Positions 34,498-45,499 of a DNA stretch of 51,703 nucleotides are shown here, one piece after another. Numbering within the stretch: position 1 is the stretch's first letter; each line of letters starts with the position of its first letter. Under the pieces are notes generated by a model. The model saw nothing but the letters and a program-made list of their open reading frames with translations, had not been told where the DNA came from and did not search any database. The stretch lies in contig NC_068984.1 of NCBI RefSeq assembly GCF_001194135.2, forward strand, positions 95,715,444-95,767,146, written 5' to 3'. The position numbers and the translations under genes were made by a program. The DNA comes from Octopus bimaculoides. Taxonomy: Eukaryota.

Positions 34498-35681
34498 NNN
34501 NNNNNNNNNNNNNNNNNNNNNNNNNNNNNNNNNNNNNNNNNNNNNNNNNNNNNNNNNNNNNNNNNNNNNNNNNNNNNNNNNNNNNNNNNNNNNNNNNNNN
34601 NNNNNNNNNNNNNNNNNNNNNNNNNNNNNNNNNNNNNNNNNNNNNNNNNNNNNNNNNNNNNNNNNNNNNNNNNNNNNNNNNNNNNNNNNNNNNNNNNNNN
34701 NNNNNNNNNNNNNNNNNNNNNNNNNNNNNNNNNNNNNNNNNNNNNNNNNNNNNNNNNNNNNNNNNNNNNNNNNAGTACGTACGTTTCATACAAGCTTCAT
34801 TTATTTATGTAGTGAGAACACCACATAAGATGTGCAATGAAAATGTACTCCTCAGCTGCATAATGGAAGTTCATTTCAGAAAGCCATTTTGTAAATGTGT
34901 GCAAATATAAGAGTAGGAGATGAAGAGAATACCATCTTGACTGGGCTGTTAATCAACAGTCTAGTGAACCAAACAGGAATTTAATTTCTATATATTCTAT
35001 TTGTTCTTCTTTCTAGAAGGAGGGGTAAGATAGCAGTAATTTCAATTTAGAGGAAGGTAGGTTAGGTAGTAAGGGAAGGCAGGTTAGGGGTAAATCAAGC
35101 AAGAGAAAAAAGAGAGAAGGAAAAAAAAATTTTTTAAATAAAATAAAAATAAAAATGGAAGGACAATACCCTAAGGAGTGGCTAGAGGAAATTTAAGGTG
35201 AGGGAATTTAGGTCAAGATATTGGAGAATTAAAAGAAATTACTAAGAATCTATCTATTCGTCTGTGTATTTAGAATAATACAACAATCTAAAATATTAAA
35301 AAATTAAAACCATAGAGAACATTTATAGTTAAATTAGAATAAGATATACATTTATGTGGGGTAGTAGAAGGGAGATATTATTTATAAGAAAAACCATAAT
35401 AAGAGAAGATATCAATGGCCAAAACAAATCAAAGTAAAAGGTGGGGGGGAGGAGAAGGAGAAGGAAAAAAGGGGAGGGATAAAGTTAGAAAATCAGGACT
35501 AAACTAAGAGTATTAAAGCTATGGTTTCAAAATTGATAATATGGTAGAAGAGACTTAGAATTAGCTTGAGAAATGTAGGAATATTATCAGTGGGTTGGGA
35601 AAGGTTAAAATATATTCCAAATTTTATACTTTAAAGCTATAACTTAAATAAAGTAGTTAATAGTCTGGGAAATGAAAGGGA

Positions 35682-36135
35682 TTAAAATAATATATTACTA
35701 ACAAGATTTATTTTAAAGGTGTGAGAGTAACAATGTACACATAGAACCCTAAGGTCAGATCTATTGTTAATTAGATTAGGATTATCCTTAAGTTTTAAAA
35801 TTTCATAAATTTCCATTGAGCACAGTCCACAGCCGTATCTACTATTTCTATAGGGTTGTGCTCTCCTGATGATTTCCCATTTAAGGTTAAAATCAATACT
35901 ATTTTCCTTCAATTCCCAAATTTTATTAGATAATGATGTGCTATTGGCCTTATGTTTAAGTCTAAACGATGAAAAGTGATTGTATAATCGCTGTTTAAGA
36001 TTGATTGTGCAACCAACATAAATGTAATTATTAGTTGGAGTAGTTACTGTACATTTATAGACCACGTTACAGGCTAAACAACGGCCAGATACCAGGAAGC
36101 GGGCCTTAATTCTACAATTTCTTATCTTAAGTTTA
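35682..36135 (-). mobile_element. Penelope-like GIY-YIG endonuclease domain (open frame about 150 codons), with AT-rich downstream sequence to about 34980
   Basis: RNCRIK...GRCLACNVVYKCTV...YVGCT..LKQRLYNH..SFR...STSLSNKIWELK...WEII...CGLC..E...LINNRSD...CVH. Confidence 0.9.
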
Positions 36136-36561
36136 GGTCAGTGCAGTTCTGTGTGAAAGTGACCTCAGAAAGAGATATGCCAAACACCAGTCTTCTTTAT
36201 AGCATGGAACCTGAAGATTTGCAATATATTACACACCATCAAATGAAGAATGTAAAGAGATTAAGGATATTCATTATTGGATAAGAAAAAGTGCAGGCTC
36301 TGCATAAATAAAAGAACACACATTCTTATTAGATTGAAGAACTGCACTGACCTCTTAAACAAGAGATTTACCTTGAATAGCTCCCAGAACAGGTTGGAAT
36401 TAAATGTAAAAATATTCAAAATATCTAAATGAAATGCATCTGTTATTTGTCTTAATTTAACTGGAAAGATTACAACACTTGTTTTAACTTTATTGTTCAT
36501 TTCCATCCATTCTTATCCACACGTGTGCGTGTAATTACTTAATACTAAAATAATGACCTAC

Positions 36562-36688
36562 CTATTTATCAACTGACCTAATACAAAACTTAGACCAGGC
36601 GTTGTTTTGATTAATTCATTCACTCGACTTTCTATATGAGAGAAGTCAACACAAAGGATGTTCTTCAAATCTGTAAGATTGATCCGAC
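36562..36688 (-). CDS. UFL1: UFL1 coding exon 3 (127 nt)
   Basis: Acceptor tttttcAG, donor ag|GTAGGT. Translates RINLTDLKNILCVDFSHIESRVNELIKTTPGLSFVLGQLIN(S) versus human [21 protein letters not shown]...LVLGQLID. Phases 1 to 2 fit the neighbouring exons. Confidence 0.95.
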
Positions 36689-37164
36689 CTGAAAAATGCA
36701 AGCAAACAAAATATAAACAAAATAATAAGCATATATTTGTATGTATAGTTTTTGCTGATATATATTAGCAAAGGATACAAACACTGGCATGGAAAAAAAG
36801 CAGAACTTTACAAACCAAATACCTTGAGATATAGACTGAGTTAAAGACACTCCTTTATCATTGTTGTCATGAGAAATGCAATGAACAAATGATTGGTTCA
36901 TTGGAAATTTGTAACAAAAGATCCTATTGGTCACCCATTATGATCATCCTCAATGCCCACTTTTCTGTGCTAGCATGCGTCAAATGAAATTTGTTGAAGC
37001 AGATTTTCTACAGCCAGATGTCCTTACTGTTTCCAACCTCACCTGTTCCAAGTACGGTGGTATTTTCCCTGACCAGACATGTTTTTCATGGAACACTTGA
37101 AGCAAGCAACATTGTTTCTATGAAATTGAGGCTTGTTTATAATCATATCAAGACAAAGGTACAT

Positions 37165-37345
37165 ACAAAACACACACACATGTATGACAGGCTTTTTTTC
37201 AGTTTCTGTTTACCACATATACTCACAAGGCTTGGTCAGACCAGTGCTCTAGTAAAAGACATTTGTCCAAGGTGCAATGCAGTGGAAGTGGATCCAAGAC
37301 CACATAGTTAGAGAGGAAGTGTCTCAACCACAAAGCCATACTACA
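37165..37345 (-). mobile_element. Degenerate OR2-like SINE head
   Basis: gacaggcttttttc agtttctgtttacc...actcacaagg...agtaaaagacatttgtccaagg. Confidence 0.7.
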
Positions 37346-37602
37346 CATCAAATAAACATATTTAGCAATGGTACTGCTCCTCATCAAAAATAAGCCTCTT
37401 TAACTATGGTATTGCACTTCATTAATAATAAGTCTCTTTAACTAGGTTACTGCCCCTCATCAAAATAAAGAAGATTAAACAACACAGATATGGAAAGAAA
37501 AAGGATATTAAATGCTAATTAACAAGAATAAATGGTGAAATATGTTGAAATATCATCCTTCTTATTGTAGTAAACCACAAGTAAACTAAGTATCTTCTTT
37601 AC

Positions 37603-37748
37603 CTCCATGAACATACAACTCGTCCAGTATTTCTTTGTCAAGATGTTGTAAAGTTAGATATTCCTTGCCATCTGTGGTGTATATCACATCAATAAGTTTC
37701 AGTTGAAGTAGCTTTGACACTACTTCAACAACATTTTTCTCTGATAAC
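37603..37748 (-). CDS. UFL1: UFL1 coding exon 2 (146 nt)
   Basis: Acceptor tttcAG, donor g|GTAAAG. Translates [48 protein letters not shown](G), matching UFL1 LSERNCIEIV...TLDGKEY...ELHVRGG. Confidence 0.97.
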
Positions 37749-37899
37749 CTGAAATATAAACAACGACAATATATGAAAGCCTTCACTTTAACATAAAGAC
37801 TATGAAACTGCACATACTTTTGCACTGCCTAAATAATTAATCACAATAACAGAAACTCCTACATAACATTGTTTGTATCTCAAACACCGACCTTTCTCT

Positions 37900-38330
37900 T
37901 CAAAATCAGAAAATACTTTAGTCTCCAACTACTAACTCCCTACAAAACTCAAGGATGAGACCCACAATGGAATGCTGCTCCCATAACTAAATGCTGCTAC
38001 ACACAGCCACCATAGAACACCTCCATACAAAGGCTACTCCACAATTGACATGAAGTTACTCACCAACACACTTCAATCTATCCTACAGACAAGCTGTCTA
38101 TTCTGTTTTTTTCTACTGCTACTACAGTGATCTCTGTCATTCACAACTACCTGTTCTTGCACTACCTCTACTTAGGGACTTCAAATTCAGCTGTCTCTCT
38201 GAGGCTCCACAGTAACCCATACAATCAGCCTTTCTTCTCCAAAATGTCAGCTGTCTGGAATTTCTACCCTGCTCCCAACTTATAAATGTTCAAGAACATT
38301 AACAACATCAGCCTCAATAGTTTCAAAGTT
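37900..38330 (+). mobile_element. CR1/L2-group LINE 3' relic
   Basis: LSYRQAVYSVF...YYSDL...NPY.QPFFSKMSAVWNFYP...MFKNIN, similar to the RT C-terminal FFPRTxxLWNSLP motif. Confidence 0.5.
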
Positions 38331-39194
38331 TGTGAAGACCATCAGCACAGACTCTTCCTTAAGATAAAACCAATCAAAAAACATAGTTGCTATCTAACCA
38401 GACACTCACTGTAAGTAGTACATTCTCTAGTTATTCAGATTGGTCCTCTCCATCTCAGATTATCAGAGGTAGCCTCAAATAATAGAAATGGGCTCAAACT
38501 AATTTGAGACAATCTCAAGCTACAATTAAAAATGTAGAAAATGATGACTCTTGAAGAGTAAGTAAGTCTTAATAACCATTAATGAGTAGACTTTCCAACT
38601 CTAAAAGCTGTTGTCCATATTTGTAAATATATATCATCTCATAGAAGCTTGTATGAAAATAGATTTTAGAGAGTAAACGTTGTATAGTAAGGAGAACAAG
38701 CAGTCATGTGCCTTGCTAATTGAGACACTGAACAACAATTGCAAAAGTTTTAAACTTTTGACCATGTGGTTAATTAGTGGCTCAGCTATTCACAGCTGTT
38801 GTGCTTCATAAATATTTAATTGAATGCTACTTTGAATGCTTGCAACAGAGTGGGTTCTGTTAAGAGCAACTGAGAGAAAACTGGGTGTTAACCTGAGCAA
38901 TTATGGAATAAATATCATCAACTAAAACTGTCAAGATCATGTCTTCTCTAATGTAATCTAGTGAGGTTAGATGTACTTCCACGAAATTTTCATCTACCAA
39001 ACATCACTCAAGTCTTTGGTCAAATAGAGGCCATGGTAAAGTACTCTCTGTTGAACAGCTGATCACCCCAAAAGATAGATAAGTTGCTGACATACTTAAG
39101 ATTGGCTTCAACAACGATGAACAATTTATCACAAGGATCAAATTAATAAAATTTGGGATGTTGAACTTGAGAATGATGAATGATTATTGTATGT

Positions 39195-40316
39195 TCACAA
39201 TTCTACAGCTGGATGCCCTTCCTAATGCCAACGACTCGGAGAGTGTAGTGGGTACCTTTACATGCCACCGACACGAAGGCCAGTCACACAGTACTGGCAA
39301 TGGCCACGCTCAAAATGGTGTATTTTACGTGCCACCTGGACAGAAGCCAGTCAAGCGGCACTGGCAACAACCTCACTCGAATGTCTTTTCACGTGCCACC
39401 AGCACAAGTGCCAGTAAGGCGACGCTGGTAACAACCACGCTCAAATGGTGCTATTTATGTGCCACTGGCACGGAAGCCAGACAGCTGCTCTGGCAACGAT
39501 CATGCTCAGACGGTGCTTTTAGCACTCCACTGGTACAGGTGCCATCATGATTTCGCTTTCACTTGCCCCAACAGGCCTTCACAAACTGAGTTTAGTGTCC
39601 AATGAAGGAGAGGTTGGCATGGGTGCCAGTCGTCAAATTCGGTTCGATTTCAATTTCATTTGCCTCAACAGGTCTTCACAAGCGGAGTTTAGTGTCCAAT
39701 CAAGGAAAGGTACGCATAAGTAGGTTGGCTACACCCCTGGCAGAGGCCTCAGATTATGGCCTCACTTGGCTTGCCGGGTCTTCTCACGCACAGCATATTT
39801 CCAAAGGTCTCAGTCACAAGTCATTGCCTCGGTGAGGCCTAATGTTCGAAGGTCATGCTTCACCACCTCATCCCAGGTCTTCCTGGGTCTACCTCTTCCA
39901 TAGGTTCCCTCAACTGCTAGGCTGTGGCACTTTTTCACACAGCTATCCTCATCCATTCTCACCACATGACCATACCAGCGCAATCGTCTCTCTTGCACAC
40001 CACAACTGATGCTTCTTAGGCTCAACTTTTCTCTCAAGGTACTTACACTCTATCAAATATGTTTATTGCTCCTGAGCATCTGCCACATACAAAAACTATC
40101 TTCCTAGTTAGCCTTCCTTTGATATTGCTGCACCTCTTATGTGTCCATAGCTTACACTGGGTACATCTTATGGAGTTTCTACCTACGCCTTTTCTACAGA
40201 TCGAGCAGGACCATCTACCTGAAGGGGTTTGTGTTTTGTCTACCTTCCTACTTATTAGGACTTTGCTTTTAGCAAGGTTGACTCTAAGGCCCTTCAATTC
40301 TAGTCTTTGCTTCCAC
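39195..40316 (-). mobile_element. RTE LINE 3' portion (Zn finger, C-terminus, UTR); runs into a gap, with an internal deletion and no terminal tail
   Basis: WKQRLELKGLRVNLAK...WSCSICRKGVGRNSIRCTQCKLWTHKRCS...CGRC, then jumps to LREKLSLRSISCGVQERRLRWYGHVVRM...RGRPRKTW. Confidence 0.92.
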
Positions 40317-42674
40317 NNNNNNNNNNNNNNNNNNNNNNNNNNNNNNNNNNNNNNNNNNNNNNNNNNNNNNNNNNNNNNNNNNNNNNNNNNNNNNNNNNNN
40401 NNNNNNNNNNNNNNNNNNNNNNNNNNNNNNNNNNNNNNNNNNNNNNNNNNNNNNNNNNNNNNNNNNNNNNNNNNNNNNNNNNNNNNNNNNNNNNNNNNNN
40501 NNNNNNNNNNNNNNNNNNNNNNNNNNNNNNNNNNNNNNNNNNNNNNNNNNNNNNNNNNNNNNNNNNNNNNNNNNNNNNNNNNNNNNNNNNNNNNNNNNNN
40601 NNNNNNNNNNNNNNNNNNNNNNNNNNNNNNNNNNNNNNNNNNNNNNNNNNNNNNNNNNNNNNNNNNNNNNNNNNNNNNNNNNNNNNNNNNNNNNNNNNNN
40701 NNNNNNNNNNNNNNNNNNNNNNNNNNNNNNNNNNNNNNNNNNNNNNNNNNNNNNNNNNNNNNNNNNNNNNNNNNNNNNNNNNNNNNNNNNNNNNNNNNNN
40801 NNNNNNNNNNNNNNNNNNNNNNNNNNNNNNNNNNNNNNNNNNNNNNNNNNNNNNNNNNNNNNNNNNNNNNNNNNNNNNNNNNNNNNGGCGATGCATACCC
40901 TGTGCACACACAAGGGTAAAATGAAATTTAATTTAATAAATATATTCTCAGACAAATTCATATTTCAACAAAATGACATCAAGAGTTATTTGCCCTGCTT
41001 ATCATTTATGTATATGTAACAAAGAAAAAAAACATTTTGATTCACCCGTCTGCCAAAATTTAATGAGTTCAAGCCAGTCACTCAATTAGTATTTCTGCTA
41101 AATTTGGTGAAAATCTGTTCAGCTGTTTTCCAGTAATTTTGCAAACACACAGACAAACAAAGATGAGTGACTACAATACCCTACTTTTGCTTTCCTTAGA
41201 GCTTTTGAGGATAACTTTCATGTTGTGGAGTGTAATTCTTAAGGGGAGACCTTTCATATATGTAATAAACCAAATCAACAAGATCAAATGTTTTCGACTG
41301 TTTCTGGAGAACTGAAGTCAAGAACTGAGTACTCTGTAAAAAAGTCAGAAGTAATGGCCAAGGAATACTGAATTTAAAGAGTAAATACCATTTAACAGTT
41401 TCAGTGACAGCTTGTGTATAGGCACTGCGGAAATGCAGTATCCCCTATATTCACGCGATATCATTGATAACATTCAATATAATGAATCCTTTTTTCTTTC
41501 TTTCTTTATACTTCTACATTATATAATCCTTAAGCTTAATGTCAGTAGCCATCCCTTAGTTTATGAAAAAAATACAAAAATCCTTGTATAGAACTGTGTG
41601 CTTCACAGTTCCAGAGATGCAGTGTTTGCTCACATGTCCAAGATAGGAAGCTTCACACTAGGGAGAGAGAGCACTGTGGTTCATGCAGTGCCAACCTTAG
41701 TGTGCTGGTGAAAGGTAGTGTTTCCTTTTGACTCCACGGGTGTTGTGCTTAAAAACGTGTTTATATTCTTGAATGTAATAAAGCGGAGAATTAGATTATT
41801 ATCCTGCTTCCAGCTACAGTGTTGCTGTCAGGATTTGAAAAATAGGGCACATTTTGTCCCCTTATTTTGTGATTTGGGGGGATTTTTGAAAAACAAGGGG
41901 GAATTCGCGGTGATGTTCAGTGAACAAATTAAATACACCACCCAGCAGTGGCTAAAACATGAACCAATCAAGTTTATGTATAAATTTTCTTTTTATGTGT
42001 TTGTTTCCTTTTACACAATATTAAAACAACGGCTAAAAATTTTCTGAAGTAGCACACCTACTAATTTTATCTACGGGCCACTGAACAGTTTGGTGAGTGA
42101 TTGAACAAACTGAGCTGAAGTACCTTGTAGAATTTTAAGAATTACATGTTTGATCTGCTTTAAGTAGTGCAAAAATTACAAAAACACATTCACTGACTAA
42201 GCAATCCCCGACTTGAGATGATTGGCAAATAGTTGCTGACTAAGATAGAAAATGAAACCTCATTTGGTGTATTTGCATGGGCTGGCTTGGAGAGTAAAAG
42301 AAAGACTTTCCTGTTTGATCACATCATCACCCAAAGTGACTTTAGTACAGAATAAGGAAATCAACATTGGTATGAGTGGCATCCAACTGATGAAGCAGTA
42401 CTGATATCAAAAGCATGAAGTGTAGCAATGATTACGAGAAACTTGATGGTGACAAACTTGCCACAACTTCATAAACAAAAATTGCAATATACATTATGGA
42501 AAGAATATTTTATTTGAGAGTTGTAGTAGTAACATTATTTGACAGGGTGTGTAGCTTGGAGATCAGGGCATTTCAGAGGTCGAGCTGCAACTTCTCCACA
42601 TTGAGAGGCACAGCTATGGTACTATGGACATGTGATTAGAATGTCATAGGAAAGAATTGCAAGTTGGATTCTTC

Positions 42675-43554
42675 AACGAAATTTTTTAAAAAATAGTGCA
42701 ACGAGTGTAAAAAAAATGTGTAGAAAACGAATATGAAAACAAAAATGCATGGAAAGCAATGGGGGGGAGAGGACTTAGGAAAATTCACAAGATACAAGAT
42801 TTTCCCTCATAGTTTTTAGGAAAATGGGTTTTTTTTAAATGAAATATTATATAAATACCTTTCAAACAGCATACATTCGGTTATAAAGAAATTTGTGGAT
42901 AAAATCTTTTCTGTGGGGATGAGGAGAGGACTTCAGAAAATTCACAAGATCTGAGGTCTTTGCCCATAACTTTGAGGGAAATAAATATCTTTTAATGAAA
43001 TTGTATATAAATACTTTTCAAATGGCATGCATTATGGATACCTAATGTGCCGTAAACCCTTTATTTTTGTTTGGAAGAAAAGGTAGGGACCCAAAAAAAT
43101 GCATTTTTGAAGGTGAGGTGTGAAACTGGATTAGCCCCTTTTCTTTACCCATATTTTAAGATAACAGTTTGCAGAAATACGTTTTCTAGAGTGTGGATTA
43201 CATTAGATTGAAAATTCAAACAAATTTCAAAAGAAAAAGTGGAAATACTGAAGTTATAAAAATTAGTGCTAATGAAGTCTAGACAGGAGAAAGAATGATA
43301 CAAAATCCTTACAAAAACCACGTTAGTGTTTGTGTGTGTGAAACAAGTATAATATTAAAACAAAATATCTTTAACATACCTCTTAAAAATCACTGGATAT
43401 ATCAATCCCAGATTGCAGATTCGATCATCGAAAATAAGAAAAATATTTTCCAATGATTCTGGCTTCTCCCCCTCCCCCTTTTTACTGAACAAAAATAAGG
43501 GGTTTGTGGCATATTAGGCATCTGTAATGCATTCCATTTGAAAGGTGTATATAC

Positions 43555-43597
<43 letters not shown>

Positions 43598-43921
43598 ATT
43601 TCATTAAAAGATATCCATTTTCCTTAAAGTTATGAGGGAAAAAATTGGATCTTGTGAATTTTACGAAGTCCTCTCCCCAACCACTTGGAACAGAGTTTAC
43701 CCACAAATTTCTTTATAACCATAATGTATGCCATTTGAAAGGTATTTATATAAAATTTTATTTCAAAAAACCTATTTTCCTACAAGTTATGAGGGAAAAA
43801 ACTCGGATCTTGTGAATTTTCTGAAGTTCTCACTCCATTGCTTTTTGCGCATTTTTGTTTTCATATTCGTTTCCTACACATTTTTGTTACATCTGTTGCA
43901 CTATTTTTTTTTAATTTCGTT
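42675..43921. mobile_element. Foldback element: ~410-445-bp inverted arms with internal ~150-bp subrepeats; third partial arm at 44075-44290
   Basis: 42675-43085 is the reverse complement of 43475-43921 (aacgaaatt...atagtgcaac...gaaaacgaatatgaaaacaaaaatgc; ggagaggactt..gaaaattcacaagat twice per arm). Confidence 0.85.
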
Positions 43922-45314
43922 TCTGGGTGATATTGTAAACATTAACCATTGCTTCTAATAGAAACCCTATGAAGGAAATGTGTGAGGACTCAACCCTCAC
44001 GACTTTGGCAGGTGAGGATGGATGAAAAATTTGGTTAATATAAAGATCTTCACCTGTTAACAAAAACAGTCTGCTGGGTGTTAACAATTGTGTAGAAAAC
44101 GAATATGACAAATAAAAAAATTGTGCAAACAAACCTGGGGCGGGGAGAGAATTTTCGGAAAATTCACAAGATCCGATTTTTCCGTCATAACTTTCGGGAA
44201 AATGGTTATATATTGATTTTTTTTTTTTTTTACAGAATTTCACATTTTTAGTTATGGAAGATCCGATTCTGAAAAAAATTTTATAAAATCGCATTTTCAA
44301 AATTTCAATTCTCCGGCCTTGGCCTTCAAGCAGGCTACTCACATGCTAGAAATAACAGCCAAATCTCACAAAACTGCGATAACGTAATGAAAGAAATATG
44401 TAATCAATCTACACAGCTTTCTGCAAAGATTTCTTTCACTGTAATTTCCCGCAGTAATATGACTAAGTAATTCGTGTGAAANNNNNNNNNNNNNNNNNNN
44501 NNNNNNNNNNNNNNNNNNNNNNNNNNNNNNNNNNNNNNNNNNNNNNNNNNNNNNNNNNNNNNNNNNNNNNNNNNNNNNNNNNNNNNNNNNNNNNNNNNNN
44601 NNNNNNNNNNNNNNNNNNNNNNNNNNNNNNNNNNNNNNNNNNNNNNNNNNNNNNNNNNNNNNNNNNNNNNNNNNNNNNNNNNNNNNNNNNNNNNNNNNNN
44701 NNNNNNNNNNNNNNNNNNNNNNNNNNNNNNNNNNNNNNNNNNNNNNNNNNNNNNNNNNNNNNNNNNNNNNNNNNNNNNNNNNNNNNNNNNNNNNNNNNNN
44801 NNNNNNNNNNNNNNNNNNNNNNNNNNNNNNNNNNNNNNNNNNNNNNNNNNNNNNNNNNNNNNNNNNNNNNNNNNNNNNNNNNNNNNNNNNNNNNNNNNNN
44901 NNNNNNNNNNNNNNNNNNNNNNNNNNNNNNNNNNNNNNNNNNNNNNNNNNNNNNNNNNNNNNNNNNNNNNNNNNNNNNNNNNNNNNNNNNNNNNNNNNNN
45001 NNNNNNNNNNNNNNNNNNNNNNNNNNNNNNNNNNNNNNNNNNNNNNNNNNNNNNNNNNNNNNNNNNNNNNNNNNNNNNNNNNNNNNNNNNNNNNNNNNNN
45101 NNNNNNNNNNNNNNNNNNNNNNNNNNNNNNNNNNNNNNNNNNNNNNNNNNNNNNNCTCTCTGTTGAAAATTATATTTTTATATTTTAAATAATTTGCAAT
45201 TTCAGGAAATATGTTTTTATATTAAATTTGTGTTTTCTAATAAGGTGGACGAGTGATTGATAGATAGTAGATAGATATCAGTAAGTAAGTAAGCCAACAG
45301 CTCGCTCCGGCCAG

Positions 45315-45420
45315 TCATGGTATTAGCTGTCAGTAGCCAAAGAATCGACAGGCATTCAGGCAGACAGACAGATACTTCACTAGCAGTGAGCACTTTCACT
45401 TCTGACAGCTAATAGCATGA
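45315..45420. repeat. 19-bp inverted repeat (1 mismatch) with a 68-nt spacer
   Basis: tcatggtattagctgtcag (45315-45333) / ctgacagctaatagcatga (45402-45420). Confidence 0.85.
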
Positions 45421-45499
45421 TAGTGCCATATTGACATATTTTATATGCTTATAAAATAATTTAGTGTATCTGAACAAACAACGATTGAAATCCGTTTGT

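Larger units (their letters stand above)
34498..45155. other. Region containing the large assembly gaps (34498-34773, 40317-40887, 44482-45155); small gaps also at about 17915, 19555 and 29892
   Basis: Runs of N. Intron sizes across these gaps are estimates. Confidence 0.99.

Noticed and set aside
35682-36065. Standalone GIY-YIG ORF as a possible novel nuclease gene
   Set aside because: The CNCR linker and C-terminal CxLC/CxH motifs identify it as a Penelope-like endonuclease. No independent promoter or splice structure is evident.
34394-45192. Long ORFs in the track (34394-34910, 40043-40961, 44476-45192)
   Set aside because: They consist mostly of X from assembly N-gaps and are not genes.
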